Shown one piece after another: positions 19,254-29,900 of a DNA stretch of 39,915 nt (positions are counted from its first letter, which is position 1; each line of letters opens with the position of its first letter). The DNA lies in NCBI GenBank assembly GCA_036804585.1, contig DAIRSC010000001.1, positions 1 to 39,915 of the forward strand. The letters run 5' to 3'. Position numbers and translations under genes: made by a program. This stretch comes from Chitinophagaceae bacterium (GTDB lineage: Bacteria; Bacteroidota; Bacteroidia; Chitinophagales; Chitinophagaceae). A model generated the notes under the pieces. It was given only the letters and a program-made list of their open reading frames with translations, ran no database searches and was not told the DNA's origin.

Positions 19254-20841
19254 TGAAGCCCATTTTCATTATTTTTATCTTCTGTATTATGCGCATTTTT
19301 TGTTATGCGCAAGAGATCAATCGTGGGCTAAATTGGACAATGGGATATGTTCCAGCAGTAAATCTCAAGTTCGAAAATTTAAATGATGTGGAATGTACTA
19401 ACTTTCCTAACATGACAGGTTTGTCATACGGAAATTCTTGTATTTCTGATGCTGCGGGTAACCTTCAATTTTTCTGCAATGGCTTCTACATTTATAACAA
19501 AGAAGGGGCACTTTTATTAAATGCTGAAAAAATAAACACTCCTTTAGGAACTAAGTTGCATGATTATTATGGTGGGGATGGTTTTTTTAACCAAATGAGC
19601 CTTATCCTTCCTAAAAAAAACAATCAATATTATGTCTTTACAACTGGTATGAGTGATGGGGCTTATGATGACTGGAAGGTGACCCAAACTGAGTTTCGTT
19701 TTGATGTACTCACTTACCATGTGGTAGATATAGATGCACAAGGCGGGCAGGGCGAAGTGGTGGCGAAAAATAAAATTTTGATGCAAGATGCCTACCTCAG
19801 CCATAACCGCATGAGTGCAGTACGGCATGCCAATGGGCGTGATTGGTGGTTGGTAAAACCCCACCGCAATGAACAAAAATTTTATTTGTTTTTGGTGCAG
19901 CCAGATACCATACAAGGTCCTTTTGAACAAGCTGTCAATTTTAATATGGATAGTATCCAGATTCAATTTGAGACTTATGGAGTACAAGGCCAATTGAGTT
20001 TTAGCCCAAATGGGGAATGGATGGCAAGCACAGAAGCCGCTTATCAAGGGGCCTTTGTTTATCAATTTGATCGTTGTAATGGAAAACTTCTTCCGTATCA
20101 CTTTTATTCAACTCCACATGATACTTGCTACCCAAGTATTTGTGACTTTTCTAGTGGAATTGCATTTTCGCCAAATAGCCAATTTTTGTATTGTATCAAA
20201 ACTTTAAACATCTGGCAGGTAGATATAAATGATACCTTTAACTACCCCATTCATATATCTCATATTGATACTTTATTGTCTAATTTTCCTTGGTATTGTA
20301 TGAGTTATTTAGCCCCCAATGGGAATATCTATATTGGCAATACATCAGGTGGTAGAAGTATGTGTTTTATTGATAGCCCTGACAATAAAGGATTTGCTTG
20401 TCATTTAAGAAGCAGAGGTAAGGGTGCTTTTAACCAGCCATACACATACCTCATGGTACCCCCCAATATGCCCCATTTTACCTTGGGGGCAGCTATAGGC
20501 AGTGCCTGCGATACCATACGACCTGCCATAGCCGCGGTACCGCAACTGAACCCACTTGTACTACCCGATGCCATTACGGCCAATAGCGATGGCCGCAATG
20601 ATAGCTGGCATATTCTCAACCTTTCGGCTTTAGAGCAAGCGGGCCTTGAAGTAAATGAAGTCATGGTATTTAACCGATGGGGACAAGCGGTATTTAAAAG
20701 CAAACAAAACAATTTTAACTGGCAGGCCAGCGGCTATGCATCAGATACTTACATGTACCTGATTCGTTACCGCCGAGCCAATGGGCAAACAGGTGTACAA
20801 AAAGGAACAGTAACAGTATTGAGGTAAGGGGTATTTAATAG
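18653..20841 (+). repeat. Segmental duplication, copy 1 (3-prime ~600 nt of the giant gene plus the whole partner gene)
   Basis: Aligns with 21110-23303 at an offset of 2456-2462 nt. Identity is mosaic: ~96 percent over 18702-18962, 100 percent over 19664-19896 and 20687-20841, and divergent elsewhere. Confidence 0.9.
19253..20827 (+). CDS. Secreted protein with type-B T9SS (gliding motility-associated, CHU_C) C-terminal domain, paralog 1
   Basis: The GTG start overlaps the upstream TAG by 1 nt (TAGTG). Signal peptide MKPIFIIFIFCIMRIFCYAQ. C-terminal LPDAITANSDGRNDSWHI...VFNRWGQAVF...YMYLIRY...GTVTVLR fits the CHU_C/type-B CTD pattern. Confidence 0.85.
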   Translation: MKPIFIIFIFCIMRIFCYAQEINRGLNWTMGYVPAVNLKFENLNDVECTNFPNMTGLSYGNSCISDAAGNLQFFCNGFYIYNKEGALLLNAEKINTPLGTKLHDYYGGDGFFNQMSLILPKKNNQYYVFTTGMSDGAYDDWKVTQTEFRFDVLTYHVVDIDAQGGQGEVVAKNKILMQDAYLSHNRMSAVRHANGRDWWLVKPHRNEQKFYLFLVQPDTIQGPFEQAVNFNMDSIQIQFETYGVQGQLSFSPNGEWMASTEAAYQGAFVYQFDRCNGKLLPYHFYSTPHDTCYPSICDFSSGIAFSPNSQFLYCIKTLNIWQVDINDTFNYPIHISHIDTLLSNFPWYCMSYLAPNGNIYIGNTSGGRSMCFIDSPDNKGFACHLRSRGKGAFNQPYTYLMVPPNMPHFTLGAAIGSACDTIRPAIAAVPQLNPLVLPDAITANSDGRNDSWHILNLSALEQAGLEVNEVMVFNRWGQAVFKSKQNNFNWQASGYASDTYMYLIRYRRANGQTGVQKGTVTVLR

Positions 20842-21007
20842 ACAAAAACGGTTTTTTTTGTTTATTTTTATCCCAAGTTATGCAATAGAAGCGACTGAAA
20901 GGAGAGAACATGTTGCATTACTTGGGGTTACCCGCCTGTCCCGTTGTTCGGGGATTTAGAAAATCACCTTGAAGGTGTACTGAAAGGCTTGATATTCTTA
21001 ATCGTTT

Positions 21008-21706
21008 ATGCGATTTGCTGAAAGCAAATGCATAATCTGGGTTTATAACCCGAACGAAAACGGTATGAAAACAAATCACCATTTATCCAACTCTTTTACG
21101 AACCCGGGAGTGTGGCAACAAAAACTAAATGCCGCTCAAACAAAAAATCAAGCCATTGCCGAACAGAATTTGTTTGAAAGCAACGAAAAAGCCCTGAATG
21201 TGTTATACCTTAAATACTTGGCTCAGGGCATGGAATCGCTTAGCGCCAACGAGTTACTTCAAATAGAATCCCTGGCTTCCAAATGCCCTTACTTGGATGG
21301 GCAAGCTGTATTTAAAGCAAGAACCTTATATACGATGTTGGTGGGGCCAAAAACATACAACGATCTGGAAATTTGTAATAACCTAGGTGTTTATAAAGGA
21401 GGGGTCAATTGGTATGAGTTGGAAAATGCACAAATTGGTAGGAGCAATAAAATAAGCGATATTGCTATTCAGGTATTTCCAAATCCTACCAATGGAGAGA
21501 TATATTTTACTTCCAACGATGTTGCACTCTCCGGCGCTGTTGTTGAATTTTATGATGTTTTAGGGCGCAAGGTGAAAAGTTTGGCTCTAGTTAAAAATCT
21601 TAATAAAATAAGCTATTCATTACATGAACTTCCTATGGGTATATATCAATATCAGCTCAAGTTATCAAACGGAATTCAGTACACAGGAAAAGTAGTTAAA
21701 GAATGA
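21008..21706 (+). CDS. Orphan C-terminal module of the giant T9SS protein (helical linker plus an alternative type-A CTD); stand-alone gene or 3-prime cassette/pseudogene
   Basis: From WQQK onward it parallels the last ~190 aa of the 1879-aa protein. The CTD IQVFPNPTNGEIYF...FYDVLGRKV...GIYQYQL is intact but only about one-third identical. No signal peptide follows either ATG (21008 or 21065). Confidence 0.55.
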   Translation: MRFAESKCIIWVYNPNENGMKTNHHLSNSFTNPGVWQQKLNAAQTKNQAIAEQNLFESNEKALNVLYLKYLAQGMESLSANELLQIESLASKCPYLDGQAVFKARTLYTMLVGPKTYNDLEICNNLGVYKGGVNWYELENAQIGRSNKISDIAIQVFPNPTNGEIYFTSNDVALSGAVVEFYDVLGRKVKSLALVKNLNKISYSLHELPMGIYQYQLKLSNGIQYTGKVVKE

Positions 21707-23303
21707 GGCTCATTACTTACGTGGTAATTTGTGTATGTATGTTTTTTAATGCAATTTCCCAGGAACATAGAAGGGGTGAAAATTGGGTTGTTGGATATAG
21801 CCCTACTGTATTATTTAAATTTGCTTCACATTCTATAGGGTTCGATACTCTTCTTAAACTTGGACCATCACTTACCAATGGCGCGTCCTGTGTTTCTGAT
21901 TCCAATGGCAATCTGGAATTCTTCTGTAATGGATTTCATGTTTACAATAAAGAGGGTTGGCCATTGCGCTGGGAAAACAATCAAACAGATACTTTGAATG
22001 TTCCATTAGGCGTTAAATTATATGATTATTATAACGGGGATGGTTTTTTTAACCAAATGAGTCTAATCCTTCCTAAAAAAAACAACCAGTATTATGTCTT
22101 TACCACAGGTATGAGTGATGGGGCCTATGATGACTGGAAGGTGACCCAAACTGAGTTTCGTTTTGATGTACTCACTTACCATGTGGTAGATATAGATGCA
22201 CAAGGCGGGCAGGGCGAAGTGGTGGCGAAAAATAAAATTTTGATGCAAGATGCCTACCTCAGCCATAACCGCATGAGTGCAGTACGGCATGCCAATGGGC
22301 GTGATTGGTGGTTGGTAAAACCCCACCGCAATGAACAAAAATTTTATTTGTTTTTGGTTCAGCCGGATACTATACAAGGTCCTTTTGAACAAGTAGTGCC
22401 ATTTAATATGGACAGCATACCAATTCAATTTGAGGTATATGGTGTTAGGGGGCAGCTAAGTTTTAGTCCCAATGGAGAATGGATGGGCAGTACCGAAGCA
22501 GGATATGGCGGCGTATTTGTGTATCATTTTGACCGATGTTCAGGTGAATTATTACCCTATCATTTTTTTAAACAACCTTGGATGGATTCTACACTAGAAG
22601 ATTTTTCTACAGCCCATTGTTTTTCACCCAATAATCAATTACTCTATCTCATTAACGGGGCCAATATCTGGCAATACGATTTGGCAGATACAACCGCTAA
22701 TAGTGCCATACATATTAGCGGCCCTGATACGGTATTGAGTCATTTTCCGATGTATAGCATGTCGTATTTGGCCCCGAATGGATATCTCTATATTGGAGCA
22801 AGGCATGCGATTGGTAAGTCTATGCCCTTTTTAGAATTTCCGAATATCCGGGGCTTGGGCTGTGGTTTTAGAGGCAGAGGGAATGGTGCATTTAGCCAAC
22901 CATTTACTAACCTGAAAGCCCCCCCCAATATGCCGCACTATACCTTGGGTGCTGCTATAGGCAGTGCCTGCGATACCATACGGCCTGCCATAGCCACGGT
23001 ACCGCAACTGAACCCACTTGTACTACCCGATGCCATTACCGCCAATAGCGATGGCTTAAACGATAGCTGGCATATTCTCAACCTATCGGCCCTGGAGCAG
23101 GCCGGTATTGAAGTATCTGAAGTCATGGTATATAACCGTTGGGGACAGGCGGTATTTAAAAGCAAACAAAACAATTTTAACTGGCAGGCCAGCGGCTATG
23201 CATCAGATACTTACATGTACCTGATTCGTTACCGCCGAGCCAATGGGCAAACAGGTGTACAAAAAGGAACAGTAACAGTATTGAGGTAAGGGGTATTTAA
23301 TAG
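21110..23303 (+). repeat. Segmental duplication, copy 2
   Basis: See copy 1. Homology ends exactly 14 nt past the stop codon (…TAAGGGGTATTTAATAG) in both copies. Confidence 0.9.
21703..23289 (+). CDS. Secreted protein with type-B T9SS (CHU_C) C-terminal domain, paralog 2
   Basis: The ATG overlaps the upstream TGA (ATGA). Signal peptide MRLITYVVICVCMFFNAISQ. Contains a 120-aa block identical to paralog 1 and a near-identical CHU_C domain. Confidence 0.85.
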   Translation: MRLITYVVICVCMFFNAISQEHRRGENWVVGYSPTVLFKFASHSIGFDTLLKLGPSLTNGASCVSDSNGNLEFFCNGFHVYNKEGWPLRWENNQTDTLNVPLGVKLYDYYNGDGFFNQMSLILPKKNNQYYVFTTGMSDGAYDDWKVTQTEFRFDVLTYHVVDIDAQGGQGEVVAKNKILMQDAYLSHNRMSAVRHANGRDWWLVKPHRNEQKFYLFLVQPDTIQGPFEQVVPFNMDSIPIQFEVYGVRGQLSFSPNGEWMGSTEAGYGGVFVYHFDRCSGELLPYHFFKQPWMDSTLEDFSTAHCFSPNNQLLYLINGANIWQYDLADTTANSAIHISGPDTVLSHFPMYSMSYLAPNGYLYIGARHAIGKSMPFLEFPNIRGLGCGFRGRGNGAFSQPFTNLKAPPNMPHYTLGAAIGSACDTIRPAIATVPQLNPLVLPDAITANSDGLNDSWHILNLSALEQAGIEVSEVMVYNRWGQAVFKSKQNNFNWQASGYASDTYMYLIRYRRANGQTGVQKGTVTVLR

Positions 23304-23439
23304 TGAAATTCAAAAAAGAACTCACCCTTATTGGTGTTCTTCCACCAACAAGTTGTTTTCGGTAAAAGTTCAATTCTGCAACACAAAAACCAATATCCTG
23401 ATACCTATGTGATCTGCGAGTTACACCAATTCATTTAAC

Positions 23440-23939
23440 GTTTCTGGATACCAGGCACTACCGAATCTCAATCTCTTTTCGCGCCGTATTTCCATACACA
23501 AAAGGATAGTACATCAATGAAATCTTAGCCGGAGCAACCACATAGCGCCCGGCAAAAACCGGAGTTAAGGATATTTCGAGTTGATGGGTTCCCATAGACA
23601 GGTTTTCGAAATAGTAAACCACTTTGTGTTTGAAGTATTTTACATAATAGCCCTTGCTAGAATGGGTCTCCTTGTTTTTAATCTTCATGCCCGAGGGTAT
23701 CGGAATTTCTATCATCACGTGTTCCGCTTTTTTATAGGCTTGCAGATCTATCTTGAATGCACAAGCCTCACCTATTTTTAATGCATCCTTTCCACTCGTA
23801 GTGTTGTTCGTGCCTTGCAGAAAATAGGTGCGAATAGAAAACACAGAATCTGAAATGTCCGGTGTTTCACTGCGCTGTTCTTCGGATGTATTCACAAACA
23901 CATCTCCTCCCTGATGTTTTATTTTATATCGGCTGCCAC
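23440..23939 (-). repeat. Direct repeat, copy A (3-prime end of the A2M-like gene)
   Basis: Aligns with 30278-30777 at an offset of 6838. There are 9 mismatches in the first 52 nt after the stop codon position, then 23510-23939 is identical by eye (430 nt). Confidence 0.9.
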
Positions 23940-26900
23940 TGATTGGAATCCTTGTCGGATATTGTTGAATTACCAGGGTGTCATTAATGGTCAGGGTTGA
24001 GGGTATCGGTTTGGAGCCATCACTTAAAGCAGCCATGGTTAAGGCTTCAATCATGGCCACTTTAGCATACGTGTTCATGTTTTTTTCTAACTGACCATTC
24101 ATCAATCTGGCTTTAAACAATTTTATAAATGATGACTCATAAGCAGAGCCCTTAAATAAACGATAGGCTTTGTAAACATCAGCCCGATGATCATAAAAGA
24201 AGTTGTCGGTATAGGGTTGCGACAGATTTCTATTGAGTTCCAGAAAAACGGCATATACATCTGATTCCACTACCGACTGCCCCAGGATACGTTTGTTTTG
24301 ATACAAATAAATTTTATCGGTCCCGCTTAACTGATCAACTGGAATATTTGCGTAAAGCTGATCTGTTTCCTGTGAGTTGGTTTTTGCATTTAAAAGCACA
24401 TGGTAGGCATAAATTTTATCGGAGATGGACATGTTTTTAAAGTGGGTAAGTACATAGGAATTGGCTGAATTAAAAATAGTATTCATATAACCTGCCTGCA
24501 ACGCTTTGTGAGCAACTTCCATCGCATAAATGGTCATCCGGTCGTTGCTGCCATTGCGTTTCCACCATCCAAAACTCCCATCCGTATTTTGCATATCGGC
24601 CAATTGTCCTAACAAGGCATTGATTCTTTTGTTCGGTAAAGCCGTCTGCTTCATAGCGATCAGAATATAGTTTTTCGACAACATGGCGTTTAATTTGGAA
24701 GCAGTTTGTTCAACAAAACCGTATTCATAATCATTCAACTCATCTACCCCAGCCATGATTTTTTCCATCAGGTTATTATTAAAGATGATCTCACCTTTTG
24801 TATTCGGTTTGATGTGGAGTTCATAGGTAGAATCCTGTTCCATCAACATGGATTGATTGGTATGAAAAATGAGCGCCGGAGAAAATACCGGAATCTGATA
24901 ACGTTCATAATCTTTGTAATGTTCCTGATAACGAAGTCCGGCTAAATAAGTGATGCTGTCCAGGCTGGATGCATTTACCTCCATACTATCCAGGTAAGTA
25001 TGCTGTACCCGAACTTTACGGTTGAACGATTCCTTTCCGTTGATGCTTCCGTCCACGTGCAGGTCCAGTGGATCTTTGGTGAGATTCTGGTATTTAATTT
25101 TTGAACGCAGTTGGTCGCCTTTGTATAAATAATTCGATACCGTTACGATGGTCTGTATGGGTTTATACACCTTTATTTCGGCTGAATCGATACCATGCAT
25201 CCAACCTTTGCCCATGCCCAGCATAAACGTTTTCCAGGTCGTGATATTATCCGGTAGTTTCAATGTAAAACCAATTTTTCCTTGTTTATTGCTGATCATA
25301 TTTGGTTTCCAGAATCCCACATCGCTGAAATTTTTACGGGTAGTCGATACGTTTTTATTTTGGGCGACGCGGTCTATCATCTCGACATCGGCATAGGTAG
25401 GTGTAGCATTTTCAAACCTCTTATTCGCTTCTGAAGAGGCAATACTTTTTTTTTCTTGCTCATCACGTAACATCACGCCATCAAGCATATATTGGGTCGA
25501 TGATGAACGACCACCACCAATGCTCAAACTTTCAGTACTTATCGTGGCATTATAATAGGTAGGAGCCGCAGCATCATTAACAACAATAGTTGGACTTGTG
25601 GCAATACCTGAATAACTTGAAGTCATTGACTTATTTCCGGGACTACTGGCATCAATCAATCTTGTTTTATTGGCGGTGATGACCACTCCATTCAACTCCT
25701 TTGATTTTCTTTCCATCCGGATATCTATACTTATTCGTTTATTCACTCCAAGCAGAATGTTCTGAACCAGATGAGACGAAAATCCAGGGTAAGCTACTTT
25801 AAGGGTGTATTTGCCCTGTGGGAGTGGCTTGATGGTATAATTTCCGAATTGGTCGGTTTTCGCACCACCGCGAAGCATGGCTCCTTCAAAAACCTGTACC
25901 GTGGCGTAATCCAATGGGTTGCCGGTTTCATCGCTTATTTGTCCAAAAAACTCTCCGGCTTTGCCGATGCCTTTATCGTATATACGAACCCGATCAGAAT
26001 TGGTACTGATTTCTTTTTCAAGTGTGGGTAAAGCATCCAGATTTAGATTAAATTCTTTTGCTGTGAGGATTTCTTTTTTTTGAAGTCCTGAGAATCCTTC
26101 CAGCAACAAGTAATAGTGGGCCTTAAAAACAAAATTGTTCAACCTTAGGGTGGTATAACCGGGTTTGCGAATTTCAACACTGTACATTTCTCCGTCATCT
26201 GCTAAAAACGGAATGTCGGTGTACTTTCCGGTCGACGGAATGGTTAGTATTACCTGACCATGGCGATACAGCAGTATCTGGTAGTTTTCCAACAAATTTC
26301 TACTTTCTTTTTCGTGCATCACAATGCGCAAAATATTCGCTTGTTCATGATCATGAAAGGCCATCAATCGAAAATCGTTGTGTATGGTTTCAAATACCGG
26401 GTGACTGATTTCTTTAGCCACCATGCTGGCGTTGAGCAAATACGCACTTTTGGCTTCAAAGAGCATGGATTTGTAATGGGATACTTTGTATGAGGGATGA
26501 TAAAGTTTTACCTGATAGGAACCGGGAATCGCATCCAATATTTCAAATAGACCATTGGCATTGGTAAGGGCGCCATATTTAAATACGCCATTCATTTCCA
26601 GATACACCAGCGTGCCCTCAAGGGGTTGCTGATCTTCGGCGGTAATCATTCCGTGGATGTATAAATTGTTGCGTGTACTTTCTTCTTTCTTTATTTTTTC
26701 CGGGGCATCATAGGGTGCATCATAAAAGGGAAGCAAGGGCACCGCATGGAGTTCGGAAAAAATCTTCAGAGGAATTTCGATTTTTTCTTTGCTGAAGGCC
26801 TCGGTTCGTAAATAGCGGGGATTCAGGTATAAATGGCTATACGGTGAATAATGCTGATCGCGGAGCACTTTCATTCGATTCTTATTCAAAAACAGATAGA

Positions 26901-29900
26901 TATCATAAGTCTCCTCCGATGCCATCTTCGTAAAAGTATGCACTTGCCGAGGCACAGTTTGGGTAAAGTCGGCCACTTCAAAGCGTGTTTTACTCACGAT
27001 CCACATCGACTTAATAAACTGGGTATCGCAGGTGTTCTCAACCCAAACATAGAATGGAGTTCCTTGTGCGGCAGATTGGAAACTTTGATAAAAATATTCT
27101 TCATCTTCGCTTTTATCGCGCAGGGCTTCTTCGGTTTTTGGTTTATACGTGAATTCCGCTTTTTGCGGCTCAGGCAGGAGCGTATCCGGTTGAAGCATTT
27201 GGTTGACCTGGGCAATAGTCAGATTACGTTCCATAAAGGGCAAAAAGGCACCTTTGATTTTACCCATGTTTTTTGCCTTGAATTCTTTCAGTACTTCGTC
27301 GAAATGATAAACGGTTTCTACACCGGTTTTTAGTGGAAAGGATTTATTGTTACGCACTAAAGTAATCATTGTATGTTTGTCAAAAGGACCTTGTACAAAA
27401 TAATTGTCGCCGTCAATATTCATCACATTCATGCGGTATCCATTGTAGTATTTTTTGAGGTGATTCAGGTTTTCCGACTGAATATAAACACTATCACTGG
27501 GGAAAGTATTGGTCAATAACAAAGTGGGATAAAGCAGTTCTTTTTCTTGAAGATTGGGTTCTAAAGGTGGTAAGGAATCGGTGATTTTAAACCAGGAATT
27601 CATTTTACGGATACTATCTATATTGATTCCAAAAAGGTATTTGGTGTTTGCCGAAAATTGTTGCTCCGGCATTTCATACAGTTTATTGAAATAACGAAAT
27701 GCGATCCGATGTTTTCCTGTCGGTATGGCAAATGAATATATTTCGTCCTTATTGACATCGGAAATATAAACAGGCTGCCCGTCCACTAAAATGTATTTGG
27801 GCGACATCAAATTTGATTGGTGGGTCAGGAATAGTGAAAATTCCGGATTTGAAAATTGTTTTTTTACAGGTATTACGCTGATTTCATTTTCCGGATGACG
27901 TAACCGATAGTATTCATTCTTGTGTAAATTGAATCGGGTAAAATGAACGTTTTTTAAAAGATGATTGGCATTAAAACTCTGGGAGAACAAATTGGCAATG
28001 CCTTTACTTTCGAGTGGTTTTATTTCTACCCGGTTTTGATACCGTTCCGGAACTTGGATAAATGGCGCCTGGATATTTTCGGCAAAAGCTTTGTTGACGG
28101 CATACACGGTCATATTCACGCCTTTACGAGCCCGGTTTTTAAAATCCTTCACAGTCATTTCCACAGCCATTGAATCGCCGGGTAGGGCTTGTTTGGGTAA
28201 AGTGGTTTCGAAATGAAGTTTGTTTTTTTCAGGCACAAACAGGAACTCATAAAAATTATTTTCGATGCCCGACTGAAGATGACTCGTAATGAGTAGACGG
28301 TACTGATCCAATGATTGATCGGCTATGGTATAGTTCAGCCGGGAAGTTTCGCCTGATTTTACCAGTTTATCTTTTTTGTATATACGGTAATGAACAGGTT
28401 CGGTAAAGGGATACTGAAAAGAGATTTGCACACTATCGCCATTTCGTTTTCCTTTTACATGCAGCATCTCCAGTTTATTATAAATGATATTGACTGATTT
28501 CAGGTTGGAATCTTTGTCGATAATAAATGCTGAAGTGGTCATTGGATCTAACTGACAGGCATAAGGAGAAGTGACCTTTATTTTAGTCAAAGTATCCTTG
28601 TCGCGCAGGGTAATCAGCGTAAACTGGCGAGTGGTATCTTTTCCGTTATATAACACATGAAGTCTTAAACTGTCGGCATCCTGATAAAACAAAACTTTTT
28701 CGGTCTGGGCCAGTTTTGTAAACGTTTTTGTGAACGATTTTTTTTCAAAGCTAACGGGGTCGGTAATGGTAACATTTAAATTGTATTGCCCATTTACGTT
28801 TGGAAAAATATCAGAGGGGATGCGGTAAGATGCAAAGTTTTCATACTCGATCACGGTATCCATCTGGTACCAGTTATTCCGTTTTTCCTGCGAAATACTC
28901 AGACTATCCTGAAAGAGATTCATGACTTGTAGAAGTTGAATTTCGCAATGCACCTGAGCACCTTGTACCGGAAAGCCGTTCATGTCTTTTGCCGTCACAT
29001 AAAAGAGGACATCATCACCGGCATAGAAATTGGGTGAATGAATATCTACATCAAAAACATTTTTTGCCAACTCATATTCTGAAAGTCTGAACGAAGATTG
29101 TTTCACCAAACGCCTTCCCAGTTTTTCATAGCGCAATCGGACGGTATAGGAACGATCGATTTTCAGCGTATCCTGAATATTCCATTGATAGAAGTATGCT
29201 CCACGTGTTTTTTTCTTAATCGTTTTGCTGAACCTGAAATCACTATCTGCTTCAGTGATGGAAAGAATGACCTTTTGGCGCAAGGGTTTTCCATTTTTAA
29301 AATTCACCAAAAAGGCTTTTAAATTTAAGGTATCTAATGGTCGGTAGAGGGGCTTGTCCAAAATCAGGTAGCCGGGAGAATTTAATTCCGCCTGCGTATT
29401 GTTATAATAATCCGGGTTGGGTTTAGCTTCTGGTTGATTGCTCAGTGAAAACTGGAATGCATACACTTCTGCATCATAACTGACTTTTAAAAAAACATTT
29501 CCCCGATCTATTTTTTGTTGATCAAAATCTTTTTTCAAAACGGAATATCCACCACATCCCTGATCATAAGGGATGGGCTTACCATCTAATTCGATTTTCG
29601 CATTTTTAATGAGGGCCTTGCTTTTTTTGTCAAAAAGAAAAATAAATACCTCCTCCTTCAATACTTTGGTCGACATCACAAAAGGTGTAACAACAGTATA
29701 AGTATAATTTACCCGATGATCGGTGATGGTGGCACTGATGTAATTGCCATTGGGAAGGGTATCGGTTTTGAATTTGTTTTGGGGGTATTCTCTGAATTTG
29801 CGGGTAAACAGAAATGAAGTGTCGTGTATGGTTCTGTGTTTTAGTACATACTTTGATTGCGCATAATCCAGTTTATATACATAGGTAATGGTGTCCTGCG

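Noticed and set aside
20842-20870. ACAAAAA-CGGTTT-TTTTTGT hairpin and T-run after paralog 1 as an intrinsic terminator
   Set aside because: The stem is 7 bp of pure A/T with a T-tract that is part of the stem. That is too weak to call, although it sits exactly where the duplication homology ends.
18653-23303. Diversity-generating retroelement (template/variable repeat) as an explanation for the duplicated blocks
   Set aside because: Mismatches between the copies involve all base types (for example c/t, a/g, g/t) rather than adenine-specific substitutions. No reverse transcriptase or accessory gene is present in the window.
18653-23303. Classical polymorphic toxin/immunity (CdiA/Rhs-like) locus
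   Set aside because: The variable C-terminal piece is a recognisable T9SS sorting domain, not a toxin. The downstream gene is a ~525-aa signal-peptide-bearing CHU_C protein, unlike small cytoplasmic immunity proteins. Only the array-like layout is analogous.
25446-25454. Other homopolymer runs inside coding regions (A9 at 25446-25454 on the minus strand, T8 at 26074-26081, A8 at 19613-19620 and 22075-22082)
   Set aside because: These are expected for Lys/Phe codons in an AT-rich genome and lie mid-gene. Nothing suggests a phase-variation role.
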